Shown here: piece after piece, positions 1-11,450 of the stretch | How the letters are laid out: every line of letters begins with the position of its first letter | How positions within the stretch are numbered: position 1 is the first letter of the stretch | Assembly (NCBI GenBank): GCA_022813865.1 | Contig: JALDZX010000040.1 | Span: 1-64,000 of the forward strand | Source: Xylographa opegraphella | Lineage: Eukaryota | Reading direction: 5' to 3' | DNA length: 64,000 bases | Translations under genes and position numbers: made by a program | The notes under the pieces: generated by a model | Told to the model about the DNA's origin: nothing | The model's input: only the letters and a program-made list of their open reading frames with translations | Database searches by the model: none

Positions 1-399
1 GTGCTAGTCCTGATCCAGCCCGACCCCTATTACCTGTGACTGATGTCATAGCCGTCACATATATGGTCCAGCGCCGGCCAATCGAGAGGACATGTCTTCG
101 ACTTGGTGGGCTGACATGTCGCTTATCTATTCGAAATGTTAGGACTATTTTATGGAGTTCACAGGCAGAGTTCGGACTAGTCCTAAATGGGATCGCTACA
201 GCATGTAATTCGCGCCACAACTTGTCTTTTTCAACACATTGAAACTGGTTCTTAATGCTTTTTTCGGGCTAAAAGTATTTACAGGTAGGTCTAAGCTTGT
301 ATGTATTTTACTAACAGTTATATAGTTTACGACTAAAAACTCGGCTCGCGCCGGGATTGAAAGGAGAACATGGGTATGGGTAAAGTTTGTCGCCATTGG

Positions 400-3050
400 G
401 GTAGCGAGTCTAGGCTCTTTGACGTCCACCCGGGTGAGCTGTCTGATCGAGCATCAATCAGCCTTGCATTTCAGGACTCATCCAGCCGAACGACCAGGTG
501 CAGTTATCGTCACCATGGCCCGAACAATGAAGATTCAGGCCGACTTACCTGAAAATCTGTGGCCCGAAATCGTGGCTGCAGCAGCCTACATTTTGAACAG
601 GCTTCCAATTCAGAAAAAGGGGTGGAAAACACCCTTCGAGCTCGCAACGGGCCGGAAGCCAACAATCGCGCACCTTCGCATCAATGGATGTCGCGCTTAC
701 GCACACATGGTGGGCAGCGGAGCTCCAGCAAAGCTTTTGAAGCTGCGCGAAAGAGCTCACATCGAATATCTTGTCGGATGGGACTCCACCACCATCTTTA
801 GGGTGTGGATTCCTAGTCGAGACTTGGTTATCCGCAGCCGCGATGTCGCTTTTGACGAAGGGGTTTTCTTCAACTCCGGCGGCGTGGACGCAGCAGCCGT
901 CCAAAGCATCAATGAAATAGTGACCGTTTTAGCAGACGAGCTGCTAAATTAGTTCGAATAATTGGTTGATGCAGATGCATTAATCACCAAAAGCCGGAGT
1001 TCCGAACGTTCGGCAATAGGGGGTGGCGAAAATCCGACCTCAGGTCAGCAAAACGGCCATTCGGAAGGTGCAGATCAGGAAATGACGGACGTACCCTTCG
1101 CTGCAACCTACCCAATGGACACTGTCTAAAATCAGGAGTTTCCAATCGTGACTCCGCCAGAATCGATCTTCAGCAGCTCTGAATCAGTGGCGACTTCACT
1201 CACTACACCGGGTCAGCCAATTCAGCAGCAACCATCTGAATTAGATCCCATACCCACGAAGCACAGCGATGCTTCACCAGACCACGATTCGGACGTTCCC
1301 AACCATCATCCGAACGGTCATTCGAACGGTCATCCGAACGATCATCCGAATGATCATCCGAACTATCGTCCGAACGGCGATGCGGAGCCCATTGAGCCCG
1401 CATCGGACCTTCTACCCACCGGTCTGAAGCGACTCATGGCTCGTCGACAGGCAGAAGCTCTTCAATCGCTTGAGAGCTCGGGCTTGCTCGAATTAGGAAC
1501 CCGAAAGCGAAGTGCGCCCGATTCGGATGAGAAAGATGAGCTCCTCGACGACGACGACTGAACGCCTTCCCCGCGATGTTTGATTCGAACCAGTATTGGC
1601 ACTGGCTCGCGATGGCTACACCTATCGCAGCGAAGCAATCAGCGGATGCATTCGCCCAAGAAGACACTTACCTGCAAAAAGACGTGCAAGCTGAGCCGCG
1701 ATATTGGGGCCAAATCGCTCATCCCAAAGATGCAGATGCCTGGATGCAGTCAGCCAACGAAGAATGGGACAAAACATGGAATAAAGGAACATTCGGCTGG
1801 ACCGAACGCACGAAGATCGAATCAGGGGTCCAAACTATACCCCTAACCTGGGTTTTCAAGAACAAATTCAACGACTTCGGTCAGCTGATGAAGCGGAAAA
1901 GCAGGATTTGTGCAAGAGGAGACCTGCAGGTAACAGTTCGCGAGACTTACGCATCCACGCTCGCAGCAAGGGTATTCAGGCTTTTGATAGCCCTAATTGC
2001 CTACTTTGACCTTGAGACGTGGCAGGCAGATGCGGTCAATACATTCTTGCGTATGTCGAACCCCCTGAAGGATTTCGAAAGCCGGCTATGTACTGCGGAT
2101 GTACTGCGGCTCCGCAAGGCTCTTTACGGCCTTAAGGAGTCTCCTTACCTATGGCAGCAGACCTTCACCGCAACGCTCGAAGCCGTGGGTCTGCACCCCA
2201 TCTTAGGGGTTGACTGCTTCTTTTACGACGGAAAGGTCTTCGTCTTCTTCTATGGTGAGGATATAGTGTTAGCCTATTCAAAGAAATGTGAAGAAAAAGC
2301 TCAAGAAATCAAAGGAAGGCTGACATGCACCTATGAATTGAAGGGTCTTGGTGAGCTTACCTGGTTTTTGGGCATCCACATTCAGAGAGACCGCAGCAAG
2401 AAGCTCGCTTGGCTGTCTCAGGAGCAATACATCGAGAAGATGGCCGCCAAATTCGCCATCAAGCTGGTCGCAAAGGAGGTCTTTACCCCCTTACCAGAAA
2501 ATATAGATCTTTCGGCATGCCAGACCGAAAAATCACCAACCGAACGAACGCTGAGCTTTCAGCAACGCGTAGTATCTATCAGCTTCGCAGCAATTAGCAC
2601 CCGTCTCTACGTATCGAACAGATCGCAAGCACATCACTACTTACCGCAGCGAATGCGTCATTCGGCGACGGTGCATCGAACCGGACCAGCTCGGTGAGAT
2701 GGCTCCTCTCGCTTTTCGGCGGAATCATCGACTGGAAGGCCACGAAACAGTAGACGGTCACCAAAACGACCACCGAGGCAAAGCTTCTCTCGCTTTCACA
2801 TGTCGGCACGGAGGACATGTGATGGAAGCGGCTCTTTCAGCGCCTCGACTTAGAGCTGGACCAAAAGCCTCTGATCTTCTGCGACAACGCACAGACCATC
2901 CGAATCGTTCAAAAGAAGGCGCAGAAGATCGAGACCAAGCTCCGCCACGTCGACATTCACCAGCACTGGCTCCGTCAAGTGAATGCAGCAGGCAACCTGC
3001 ATTTCTAATGGTTAGCCACTAACTCAATGCCTGCAGATGGACTTTACTAA
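400..3050 (+). mobile_element. Degenerate, 5'-truncated Ty1/copia LTR-retrotransposon pol (integrase C-half, RT, RNase H)
   Basis: Copia order IN-RT-RH. Integrase end: PAERPGAVIVTMARTM..LPENLWPEIVAAAAYILNRLP..KTPFEL. RT: LTWVFKNK..KRKSRICARGDLQ, WQADAVNTFL, LRKALYGLKESPYLW, FFYGED for YVDD. RNase H: FGGIIDWKATKQ..CDNAQTI..KLRHVDIHQHWLRQ..MPADG. Several in-frame stops (e.g. 950-952, 1559-1561) and frameshifts. Confidence 0.95.
1307..1378 (+). repeat. 12-bp tandem repeat x6 (catccgaacgat-like; HPNG/HPND) in the copia IN-RT linker
   Basis: catccgaacggt cattcgaacggt catccgaacgat catccgaatgat catccgaactat cgtccgaacggc. Confidence 0.85.
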
Positions 3051-3075
3051 GCTTGTTCCCAGGAAGCGCGGTATC

Positions 3076-3138
3076 CACTACCGCCCAAGCCAGTATAATG
3101 TTGTGGCCGTTGGCGTCAATGCCAACGGCCAGAAGGAG
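3076..3138 (-). mobile_element. Short Mutator-like (MULE) transposase fragment
   Basis: Minus strand reads LLLAVGIDANGHNIILAWAVV, the typical fungal MULE transposase core motif. It abuts the broken 3' end of the copia RNase H. Confidence 0.65.
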
Positions 3139-3681
3139 TCCATTAACTGTGTTGTTTAGGCTGCTTGACAAGATCACGATGATTTCTCGGAGAGGCTGGC
3201 GCAGAGAGCCAAGAGACCTTATGAACGAAAAAGCGCCCCCACTCGTCCCCTCGGGATGTCCTCGCGATATTGAAAGACCTAACCTCGCTTCTATGTTGGC
3301 ATCATCGGAACCCGCTGCCCTTGGTCCGGAACTGCCCTTGAATCATACTCATTGCCTCTGTTGGAAGGAATGGGACTCAACGCACAATGGTATCTCTCTC
3401 CAAGAAGGCGATTGGACCCAAGTGTACTTGAGGTTAATACCTAGTTCATCAAGAGGTGGGATACAAACGTTCAACGACTAGAATAGGTGGATCTTTGCGG
3501 TATACCATAGATAATGGCTTCGTCTCGATATTACGCAAGGAGGAGTGGCTGAAGAGTATTGTCGCCGGTCCTCTGTGAAGAGAAACCCATGTCTGATGGT
3601 ATGCTTACTATAGCAGTATACGGGCTAGAACTTCACTCTTGTCTCTTCATTATTTGTCTGGTACTGCTACTGCCTAGATAA

Positions 3682-3806
3682 TGTTGAAGCAAGGCGATCC
3701 TAGGTGGCTGGGCCCCACGCCCCCCAGGGGGGGGGGGCAACTATATTATAGTGGACCACCCTCATAGTCTTCATAGATCAATGAACTCACGTTATACACT
3801 TCAACA
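3682..3806 (+). mobile_element. Solo-LTR-like element (125 bp)
   Basis: 8-bp inverted termini TGTTGAAG...CTTCAACA (copia-type TGTTG..CAACA), internal TATA-like tatattata and a C/G-run. Flanks gataa/agtac do not form a TSD. Confidence 0.6.
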
Positions 3807-4169
3807 AGTACCTCGCCTTGTAGGACAATCAAAGGGAGAAACGCTTGACCGTATTACTCTTGAGATCATCCCACTCCTTGCTCCGATATGCTCGGGGTGT
3901 CTTGATTGCTGGGTGGCACCACCTGGTGGGCTAGCAGGCGGTCTTAGAGTATATCAGCTGAGTAGAGACAATGAAAACCTTACCTCCTCACAAAACAAAT
4001 TTACCCACTCGGACACAGTTCTAGATAACGGGGCTCAGACACCTCCAACACCACCACGGAACAACCGCAATTATTATTCTTCAATCCTCAACATGCCAAT
4101 GGTGTTTGCTACACTATCCCCATCATCTGTTGAGACAACAATGAGTGTCGGCCTTGAATGCTCATCGGG

Positions 4170-5622
4170 TTACTTGCCGTTGTTCTTTCCCTTGCCCTTC
4201 TTGCCACTCGCCCTCGGCTGCGAAGCTTTATACAGAACCTCCTCGGACCCGTCCACAATCAGCGGACCACTGCTACATCTGACCCGCGGCGAAATCGGCA
4301 CTATCTCGGAGAGTAAAGCCTCGCTCGCGGCGCGGCTCCGCTCGGCCGTAGAGTCATCCTTGGCCACTTCCGTGGAAATGAGCCTGCCGAAGAATACCAC
4401 CCCGTTGAATCGATTCGCGGCCGCTATGGCTTCCTGGGCGTTGCTGAAGACGATCTTGGCGGTGCACTTCCGCTTGTCTTTCCAACCGAACCCAATCTCA
4501 CAATGTGCGATGACTCCAACAGATGAGAAATAGGCTTTGACATCTTCCGCACTTGCCCTGTGATTGATGTTCCTGACGAGTATGGCACGAGACTCGCCAA
4601 CTGGGACAGCACCCTGGATTGTATTCACGAGTGTTCTATCAGGGTTTTCGTGGTAATCGTGATATGGAGTCATGATAGCCGTTGAGCCTGATATGCCATA
4701 AGTAACGGGGTATGTAGCTACTGAAGCAGGCGGATAGTTCATATGGATAGTAGTTTTTGCGATAGCAGTCGTTGTATAAACCACCGCGCTGGTCGGACTA
4801 TGTACATAAGGCGACCAAACCGGTCCGTTCTGACCTGGTCGGTGATTTCTCGACATTCGATGTGCATGCTGTAGCCTTTGCTGTATAGCCAAGCTTTGTC
4901 CTGACACTGCCGTCAATATTGACAGGCCAGACGATTGCCCGTAAGCTGTTGCAGAGCTGCCGGTACTGTACGTGGGATTGGAAGAGTTATAAGAATGCAA
5001 GCGTGCGGGTAGGTTGCCAGAGTATCTATCGTTTTGATTTTGGTAATCAAGCATAGTTGTAACTGGCAAATTCATTGGAGGTGCCAAGACGGGAATCCGA
5101 AGTAGGAGGGATTCCTTGATAGGCGATATAGATTCGAGATTTATGGGCTGACTGAAGCTAGTGACGCTCATGTCGCTCAGGAGCTTGCTTTCGCCATGCT
5201 CACAGACAAAAAGCCACGCCGTCAGTTGCGATCCATGCCAGAAGTTACCTGCAAGCCATTCTATAGTTCCGGTCAGTTCAACCCGACCGAACAGCAGAGC
5301 AGGACAACGAACTGAAGAGTTTTTGGCAGACTTTCTCCTCTCTGAAACTGTATGACGCCGAAGGAAACTGATGTTCCCCGGATGGAAGGTGAAGGTTGAC
5401 CGCTCCGAGGTCCACTTGCATTTCATCGGGCTTCATTCTCAGTAGTTTGCGGTAGAGATCTTTTACTGGCTGCCAGGATTTGGTGGTAATCGTGATTGGG
5501 ATCTGCACAGAGTGAATAGACATCATGGGGAGAAGATGACGGGGTTCATTGAGACTGACTCCGTATAAGACCAAAACGTATTCGACGGCAACGCCCTTCG
5601 CAGACGGTTGTCTTTGCGACAT
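4170..5622 (-). CDS. RNA-binding protein with a C-terminal RRM and a degenerate N-terminal RRM (~447 aa)
   Basis: Exons 5622-5560, 5502-5313 and 5260-4170 with GT-AG introns join in frame. C-terminal RRM: RAILVRNINHRASAEDVKAYFSSVGVIAHCEI..AKIVFSNAQEAIAAANRFNGVVFFGRLISTE. N-terminal VLVLYGIP..SWQPVKDLYRK. Confidence 0.75.
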
Positions 5623-7025
5623 ATTGCTGTTTTTGGCTCAGTAAGCTGCTGGTTTTTCTTAACCGAGCTTGATATCTGTGGGATATATAAAAGAACGGAA
5701 ATTCGCAGATAAACGTTCTGTGCGAATGGAAATGAAAAGGCTTAGAATGATATTGAAACTGCTCCACATCGTCCAATGGTGAATAACACCGTTCAACGAA
5801 TTGATCGATGAAGAGAAACAGATAATCCTTTGGAGAGCCTCGAGTTGAAGAATGGTACTTAGGATTTTGTATCTTCCAGCTTGAACAAAGCGTCTCAGAT
5901 TTACTATATTTCAAGATACAGCAGGGCTAATATACGTGAATATGGATTCACAATGAGCGTGGAGGTCACGCGTGAAAACTTGATACGTATGAGGAATTGG
6001 TAGATCGTTTAACAGTGCATAATGGCGTTATGGATGCCGAAGCATGTATCCTACACCGTCTGCGCACGATCCGAGCCCTATCCGTGAGCTCGGCTTGACA
6101 TAAAACGTTGACAATCAATTTCCCCTGATGTCAACAGCTTGCCACAGACCAGATAGAGAAAAGGGGGGAGCCAAATTTGCTACTGCTAGTGAGAATAATT
6201 CAACATCTGGAAATGGAACGATACGCCCGACATGGGTTAGAGCGAGGCACCTCCGCATGATAGGCGTTACCGGAAGATTCGCAGTCTCCGGCTCTATGCA
6301 TGCTACAAGCATGGATACACAACACGCAGATTGCGGAAGGTACGGACGAATTAAAAGATGCAGGCGGAGGGAGAGAGCAAACGCAGCAGAAATTGGCCAA
6401 ATGATATTTGTAGGAGTCCCCTGGTCAATTGAGCGAAAGGTGCATGTGAAGATGATTTCATCGACTGCAGATCATGATGAACAAGTTCTGTGACTAACAC
6501 GATGTATAAGAAAAAGAGTATGCAGTAGGGGTGGTTGGGAGGACCACTTCAAGCCTCGATCTTACAGAGCTGATGTTGAGAAGCTCTGTGTCACCACACA
6601 AATGCATCAGCTGGAGACGAACAGATGGGACTGTGCAACACGAGTCTTCTCACACAGTCGGGGGAACGCTCCCGAAATGCGTTGCCGGAGACTCGATGCA
6701 TGTATCTGAAGACACGTAGCCAAACAGGGAGTTTGAGTGGACCTGGTACGCTGAAACTGATGCGAGAGCTGATATGTGACATGGCACCTCCCGTGTAAGC
6801 TTTCACGCTCCTCACGCGGGGGTACAAAAATTGCGGCCTTATCGAGCAGAGCATGAGACTGGTGCTGCACCTTGAAATCATTTCATGTTCTATCGCCAGT
6901 GACCATGGTGTTCAAAATCGCAATGTCTATCAACCATGCTCCAGCCGGATGCACGAATCGACCGTGTGGTATAAACACACGGTATCTGCCATTATGTCGT
7001 AAAATATTGTAGCTGACCAGTACAT

Positions 7026-7789
7026 TTATAAACTTGCCTTTTTGGGATACCCAACGCCGTCGACTGCCTTTACGTCGATGAACCGGCTTACTTGCTCCGC
7101 TCTTCTCCTTCCTCGTTCACGAGTCCGCAGGGCAGACGCCGTTTTTCGTCAGTATCAAATATCTGCCTGAGTAACCCTGATTTTCCTCCGCGAATGCGAT
7201 CCTGTTACCGCGAGTTATAACAGGTAAGGACAGAGTGATTCGCTTTGCTGAAGGCTTGGGGGCTGTCTTCGATAGGGGCGACCCAGTCGTCCGACTCTGA
7301 AGCTCATGGTTGGGAAACAGTGAACAAGTGTGCCCATCAGGGCCACAGCCAAGTAGAAGCAGATCGAAGATGGGTAATTAGACACTATCGTTGGCAGCAA
7401 ACGAGCGCATCAGTTCCTCCTGATGTTGATCGGCCGGACATCGTTGTGGTACTTGGGTGGATTGTCGGTTTCCCCAAGTTTTCGGGCATTTAATCGAGCA
7501 GATCAATCTCCAGAAGCTTGTAATTGCTGTCCTCATGATCCAAGGGCACGGCACATTCATCTGCGAAGAAGATCTCCCATTCTGTAAAGTCCACTCGCTT
7601 CCATTCCTCCGAATCCAGCAAAGCCTGTGCCAAGATGTTTGGTATCGAGCCACCCGACACTGCGACCTTGAAGGCATTGTGACGCTCAAGCCCGGCTTGT
7701 TGGCGTTGTAGAATGTACGATAGCGTTTTCGCAAGGTCGTCAACGTCCTTGAAGGTGTAAAGGTGCATTGTATGGCGACGATCGTCCAT
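7026..7789 (-). pseudogene. 6-phosphogluconolactonase (SOL/6PGL) pseudogene
   Basis: Motifs FKVAVSGGSIP, WEIFFADECAVPLDHEDSNY, FDLLLLGCGPDGHTCSLFP, VAPIEDSPKP..RITLSLPVI and a C-terminal YPKKASL*. They lie across different frames, with TAA stops and frameshifts. Confidence 0.9.
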
Positions 7790-8177
7790 GAGCCTATCGC
7801 GGGAAAGACAATAATAATGATGGTCGGGAAGGGTGGGCGATTCGGCATGTCCCTTTCGTCCTCCCAGCCGTCGTGCAAACTGTTTCAATAATTATCGGCT
7901 TTCGAAGCCCTTCCGTGCTTGCTTACCCTGGATCAATTCCTGCTTAGGAGATTTTAGGCTAGCTCAAGTAGCCCACAGGTCACCACCTAACCCAATAAAG
8001 TAATGTGATATCCTAGCGGCCGGCAGGCTAGGGGGTAGCGCCCCACACAAGCTGTGGACCACATTATTGATTTCATAAGGTAAGGTAACATGTCCATCCC
8101 GCTGTGCCCGCCATGGTTGGCTTGTACGTTCGTACGATCAGACGCACCCCTCATCAGACATTACATGCGGCGAAAAA

Positions 8178-8552
8178 CTCGCCTACCCCCCCTCTTACCC
8201 TGGTACCTATGTACACCGCAGCCCCCAAATATCCTAACAAAGGCACCTTTTTCGCCGATGTTCCTTGCGTATTTTGATCCAATTGGTTCACAACCTCGCT
8301 GCCCTGGACCTCGCTGCCCTGGACCTCGCTGCTTTGGACCTCTGTGCCGCGAGCCTTATTATAAAAGTGTTTACGACGCCTGAAAAGAATGCTAAAACCG
8401 ACGCGCAAGGGGATTATACGTATATAAATTAAGGCCTGAACCAATCATAAAGTAAAATGTCGCTTGTACAAAGGGCATCGGCGCAAAAGTGCTTTTGCAA
8501 GGGTATTCGGGGGCAGCGGAGTAGATACAAGGGTAAAAGAGGGGTAGGCGAG
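8178..8552. mobile_element. Decayed non-autonomous DNA transposon/MITE with ~90-bp imperfect TIRs
   Basis: 8178-8270 (ctcgcctacccc..ttaccct..ccgcagcccccaaatatcc..cgccgatg) is an imperfect reverse complement of ~8465-8552. TA follows on the right and AA lies on the left. Confidence 0.6.
8293..8343. repeat. 15-bp tandem repeat x3 (cctcgctgccctgga)
   Basis: Directly visible; lies between the TIRs of the 8178-8552 element. Confidence 0.85.
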
Positions 8553-9699
8553 TACCTCCGTAATTCACCGTTAATTCTATCGTACTTCGCTAGTGTTATT
8601 GCAGCTTCCCCGGGTTCGGGGGCCAATCCGGGGCTTTTTGTATCTGGCAGAAATCAGACCCCAACATCCGCGGAATACATGGCCCGATAGAGATCGTGCA
8701 GATCACTTTCTAACTCACGGACGCCTCGAATCCCCATGAGCTTCGTGTTTAGGTTAATGTCTGTCGCTGCCATTGTTATTATTTATTATTCGTGGAGACC
8801 GAACCATGTTCGCTTCCTCTCCAGACGGCCTCTAGGACCGCGGAGGCAACTTGATGCATACCGGTCGTCGTCGAGTGACATATACAAAGCTCGGCTCCGC
8901 TGCAGCCTGGTGGCCGGATGGAACTACGCCACAATCTCCTGCTGTATATGTAATCTTTAGCGGTGATACTGCTGGTGTATCGACACCGCCACCGATTGGC
9001 CGCCTTCTGTTCACGACTGGCCGTGATGTGTTGTTAATGGGGTTAGAACCTTACTATGTGTTTGCTCCCACGTTGGTGACTTACAGGTCGTCCATTTGTA
9101 CCATATAACAAGTGTCTGATCATTCCGATGAAGCACGGTCTCTCTGCAAGCCTTACTCGGCGCTTTCCACCGATCGTGCGATTAGTCGTTGCCGACCGTC
9201 GGCTCAAAAGCCTACATGTGAGCTCAAGACCATTTCGAATAGGCCATACCGAGAGCTCATGAGAATCGTTTCGGAGAGGCATCTGGCATCTTTCTGTCAT
9301 ATCCAGAAGGTCAAGATATACCGTCAAGGACGCGAGGAACAAGAAGGACCCAGAGGAGTCCTGCCAGCAAATAGTCATTCAAGGCAAGGCTACAGGAACT
9401 GCCACTACAGACTATTCTCAAGTCTTGATGTCTACCACCAATGCGAATTAACCCCAAACAAAGAGTTTAATAGAGATGATAGACTCACAGGGTCCGTACA
9501 AATCTAGCTCTGGTAGCATTCGTCCTTTCAGACCTCATCAATGTGCCCACCTCGTCATCGGATTCGCTCGAACCAGTGACGACGTTCCGCGGGATGCCTA
9601 CGATGAAGGGTGCTATCAGTCAGTGTACATCAAGACAACAAAATAAAGGATGACTTGCCCTAAGATCAGAGGGATATCTAAGGCCTCGCTAGGGGGAGG

Positions 9700-10803
9700 A
9701 TCATCGAGAATTAAATCTTCATAATTTAGCAAGTAATAATATAGATACCCCAGCGTGGCAGTATACCTCTACGTGGTGCTGGGGACCAGTACCTATCTCG
9801 ATAGGGAAGCTAAATACTGGCCGAGAGGTGCGCGGGGTGCGGGTGGAGAGCATGGCTGCGACAAAGAGAAGGTGGCGACGGAGCGTGGTGAGACGCAGAG
9901 TTTTCACCTTCTACAATACGAAAACTACAACAAGGAGCCTTGAACACGCGTGATAGATGCCGTCTTTACGCACAGAAAGGAAAAGAGCATGGAAATACCT
10001 GAATTTGGGGCTCTACAAACGCTCTGCTACGTGGCTCTGGCTTTACGCAGATGGCCGACTGAGACTTCGCGGAATGGTTGATCGTGAAGGATTACAAGTA
10101 TCTAGGACGGGAGGAGCCGCCTACTCCAACAGTCGCCCAGCGTAACCTGAGGGGAACGTGGCTCCCACCTCGATGCCGGGTTCCAAGAAACGCTCAGTGC
10201 CGGGTCCTGATACCCCGAGGCGCGCAGCAGGCGCAGATCCTACGGGACGGCCGATTATGAAAGGCTACACCAGTCTGAGGCGTACGGAGCCGCCTACGCC
10301 AAGAGTCGCCCAGCGTAGCCGGAGGGAAGCGCGTCTTCCACCTTAATACCGGGTTTTGGGGCCTCGCTTTATGCGGGCGTAGGGGCCTTGAAGGAGGGTA
10401 GGACCAGACAGACAACCAACAGCGTGTCTATTGCGGCTCGAATGTGGTTCTACGGCGTGCATCTTACTACAGTTACAACTAAATTGCGAACAATCATCGA
10501 AGGCAACAAAAATTGGCTACTGGGGCCCCTCCTGATGGAAGCATAATGGGCGCAGGATGAGTGCGCTATTGAGAGCGGCCGTTATGAAGCGAGTAGGAAA
10601 TCAGGAGGAAGGGGGTAGCCACAACGACTACGGTACTCATCGACTATACGCAGGCCGAACGCATGGGAGGCGTAGAGAGGATACAGGTTTTTATGCCTTC
10701 AAGTCGCTTTTTCGCCTATACATACAAACACTGATAGCTTAGTACCGCATAGACCCCCTTAAGGGTCTACATCGGTGTAAGAATAATCAATCAATCAATC
10801 AAT
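9700..10803 (+). mobile_element. Possible 3' remnant of a non-LTR (LINE/Tad-like) retrotransposon
   Basis: Stem-loop tagaccc..gggtcta (10750-10769) followed by an (AATC)4 tail (10785-10803). Upstream are degraded coding-like frames with a possible decayed zinc-knuckle (GETQSFHLLQY) and a TA-rich RIP-like composition. The 5' boundary is uncertain. Confidence 0.3.
10077..10356 (+). repeat. Diverged direct repeat, two ~100-bp copies with 173-bp period
   Basis: ggagccgcctac..agtcgcccagcgta at 10113 and 10286. Peptides IVKDYKYLGREEPPTPTVAQR and IMKGYTSLRRTEPPTPRVAQR. Confidence 0.75.
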
Positions 10804-11149
10804 AGTATAGATATATCGCAGAAACATGTAATAAACCGAGTCCAAACGGTCAGGAACTGCGTGCGTGATGGCGTCGCGAATTTTTCGCCAGACAAAACAC
10901 CAAGCGAAAAGTGGCGGTCTATACAGAAAATAGGGGAGGTTTCCGCAAGGACACTGTCTATGAACTTTACAGGGCAAGTAATTAGTAGGTAACCCGACGT
11001 ACTGGGGCTTATATGTGGGTTCTACACATCATGTACTTCAGGGTACCCTCCGTTAGTCCCCATGGCATAAATTAATGGAGATAACGTCTATATTTAACCA
11101 AGATACATTAACTAAGCATTATGTACAAGTTGAAAAAAATGATTTGGGT

Positions 11150-11450
11150 CCCGCGGGCTCCTCTTCCTCTGCTTCTCCGCGGCGAGGCGAGCGCCCGTTC
11201 GGAGCGCGCGTTCCGCTACCTCTTCCTTAATAAAAAGGAGGAGCTTCCCTTCGTCGACGTAGTCGCTGGGGAGGTACGCAGACCCTATCGCAGCGCCGCT
11301 GAAACTCATCTTCGCACACCATTCCGGTAAGTAAATTGGTTAGCCAGCGGAACGCAAAACGAAAAGGGTAGAGAAGGACAGAGAGGACAAATGTACTCTC
11401 CATTGTTTCTGCTTGGGCTTGTACGCCCACGTAATGTTCTGGGACGGCGT
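11150..11450 (-). mobile_element. Crypton/Ndc10-like tyrosine-recombinase element, N-terminal remnant
   Basis: Minus strand reads SQNITWAYKPKQKQWR, then an intron-like stretch (gtacat..gctaac, degenerate acceptor), then WCAKMSF..LPSDYVDEGKLLLFIKEEVAERALRTGARL. This matches the recalled NT..AY.PKQ..W..WC / V.E.KLLLF..EEV..R N-terminus of fungal Ndc10-II/GCR1 Crypton proteins. The catalytic domain is absent. Confidence 0.55.

Noticed and set aside
400..3806. Single intact copia element ending in the 3682-3806 LTR
   Set aside because: About 630 bp of unrelated sequence intervenes, no polypurine tract precedes the LTR, and there is no TSD or 5' LTR.
3751..4533. 260-aa plus-strand ORF
   Set aside because: Antisense shadow of the RRM gene, starting at a GTG inside the LTR-like element; no domain.
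8293..8343. CRISPR-like array
   Set aside because: Contiguous tandem repeats without spacers, in a eukaryotic context.
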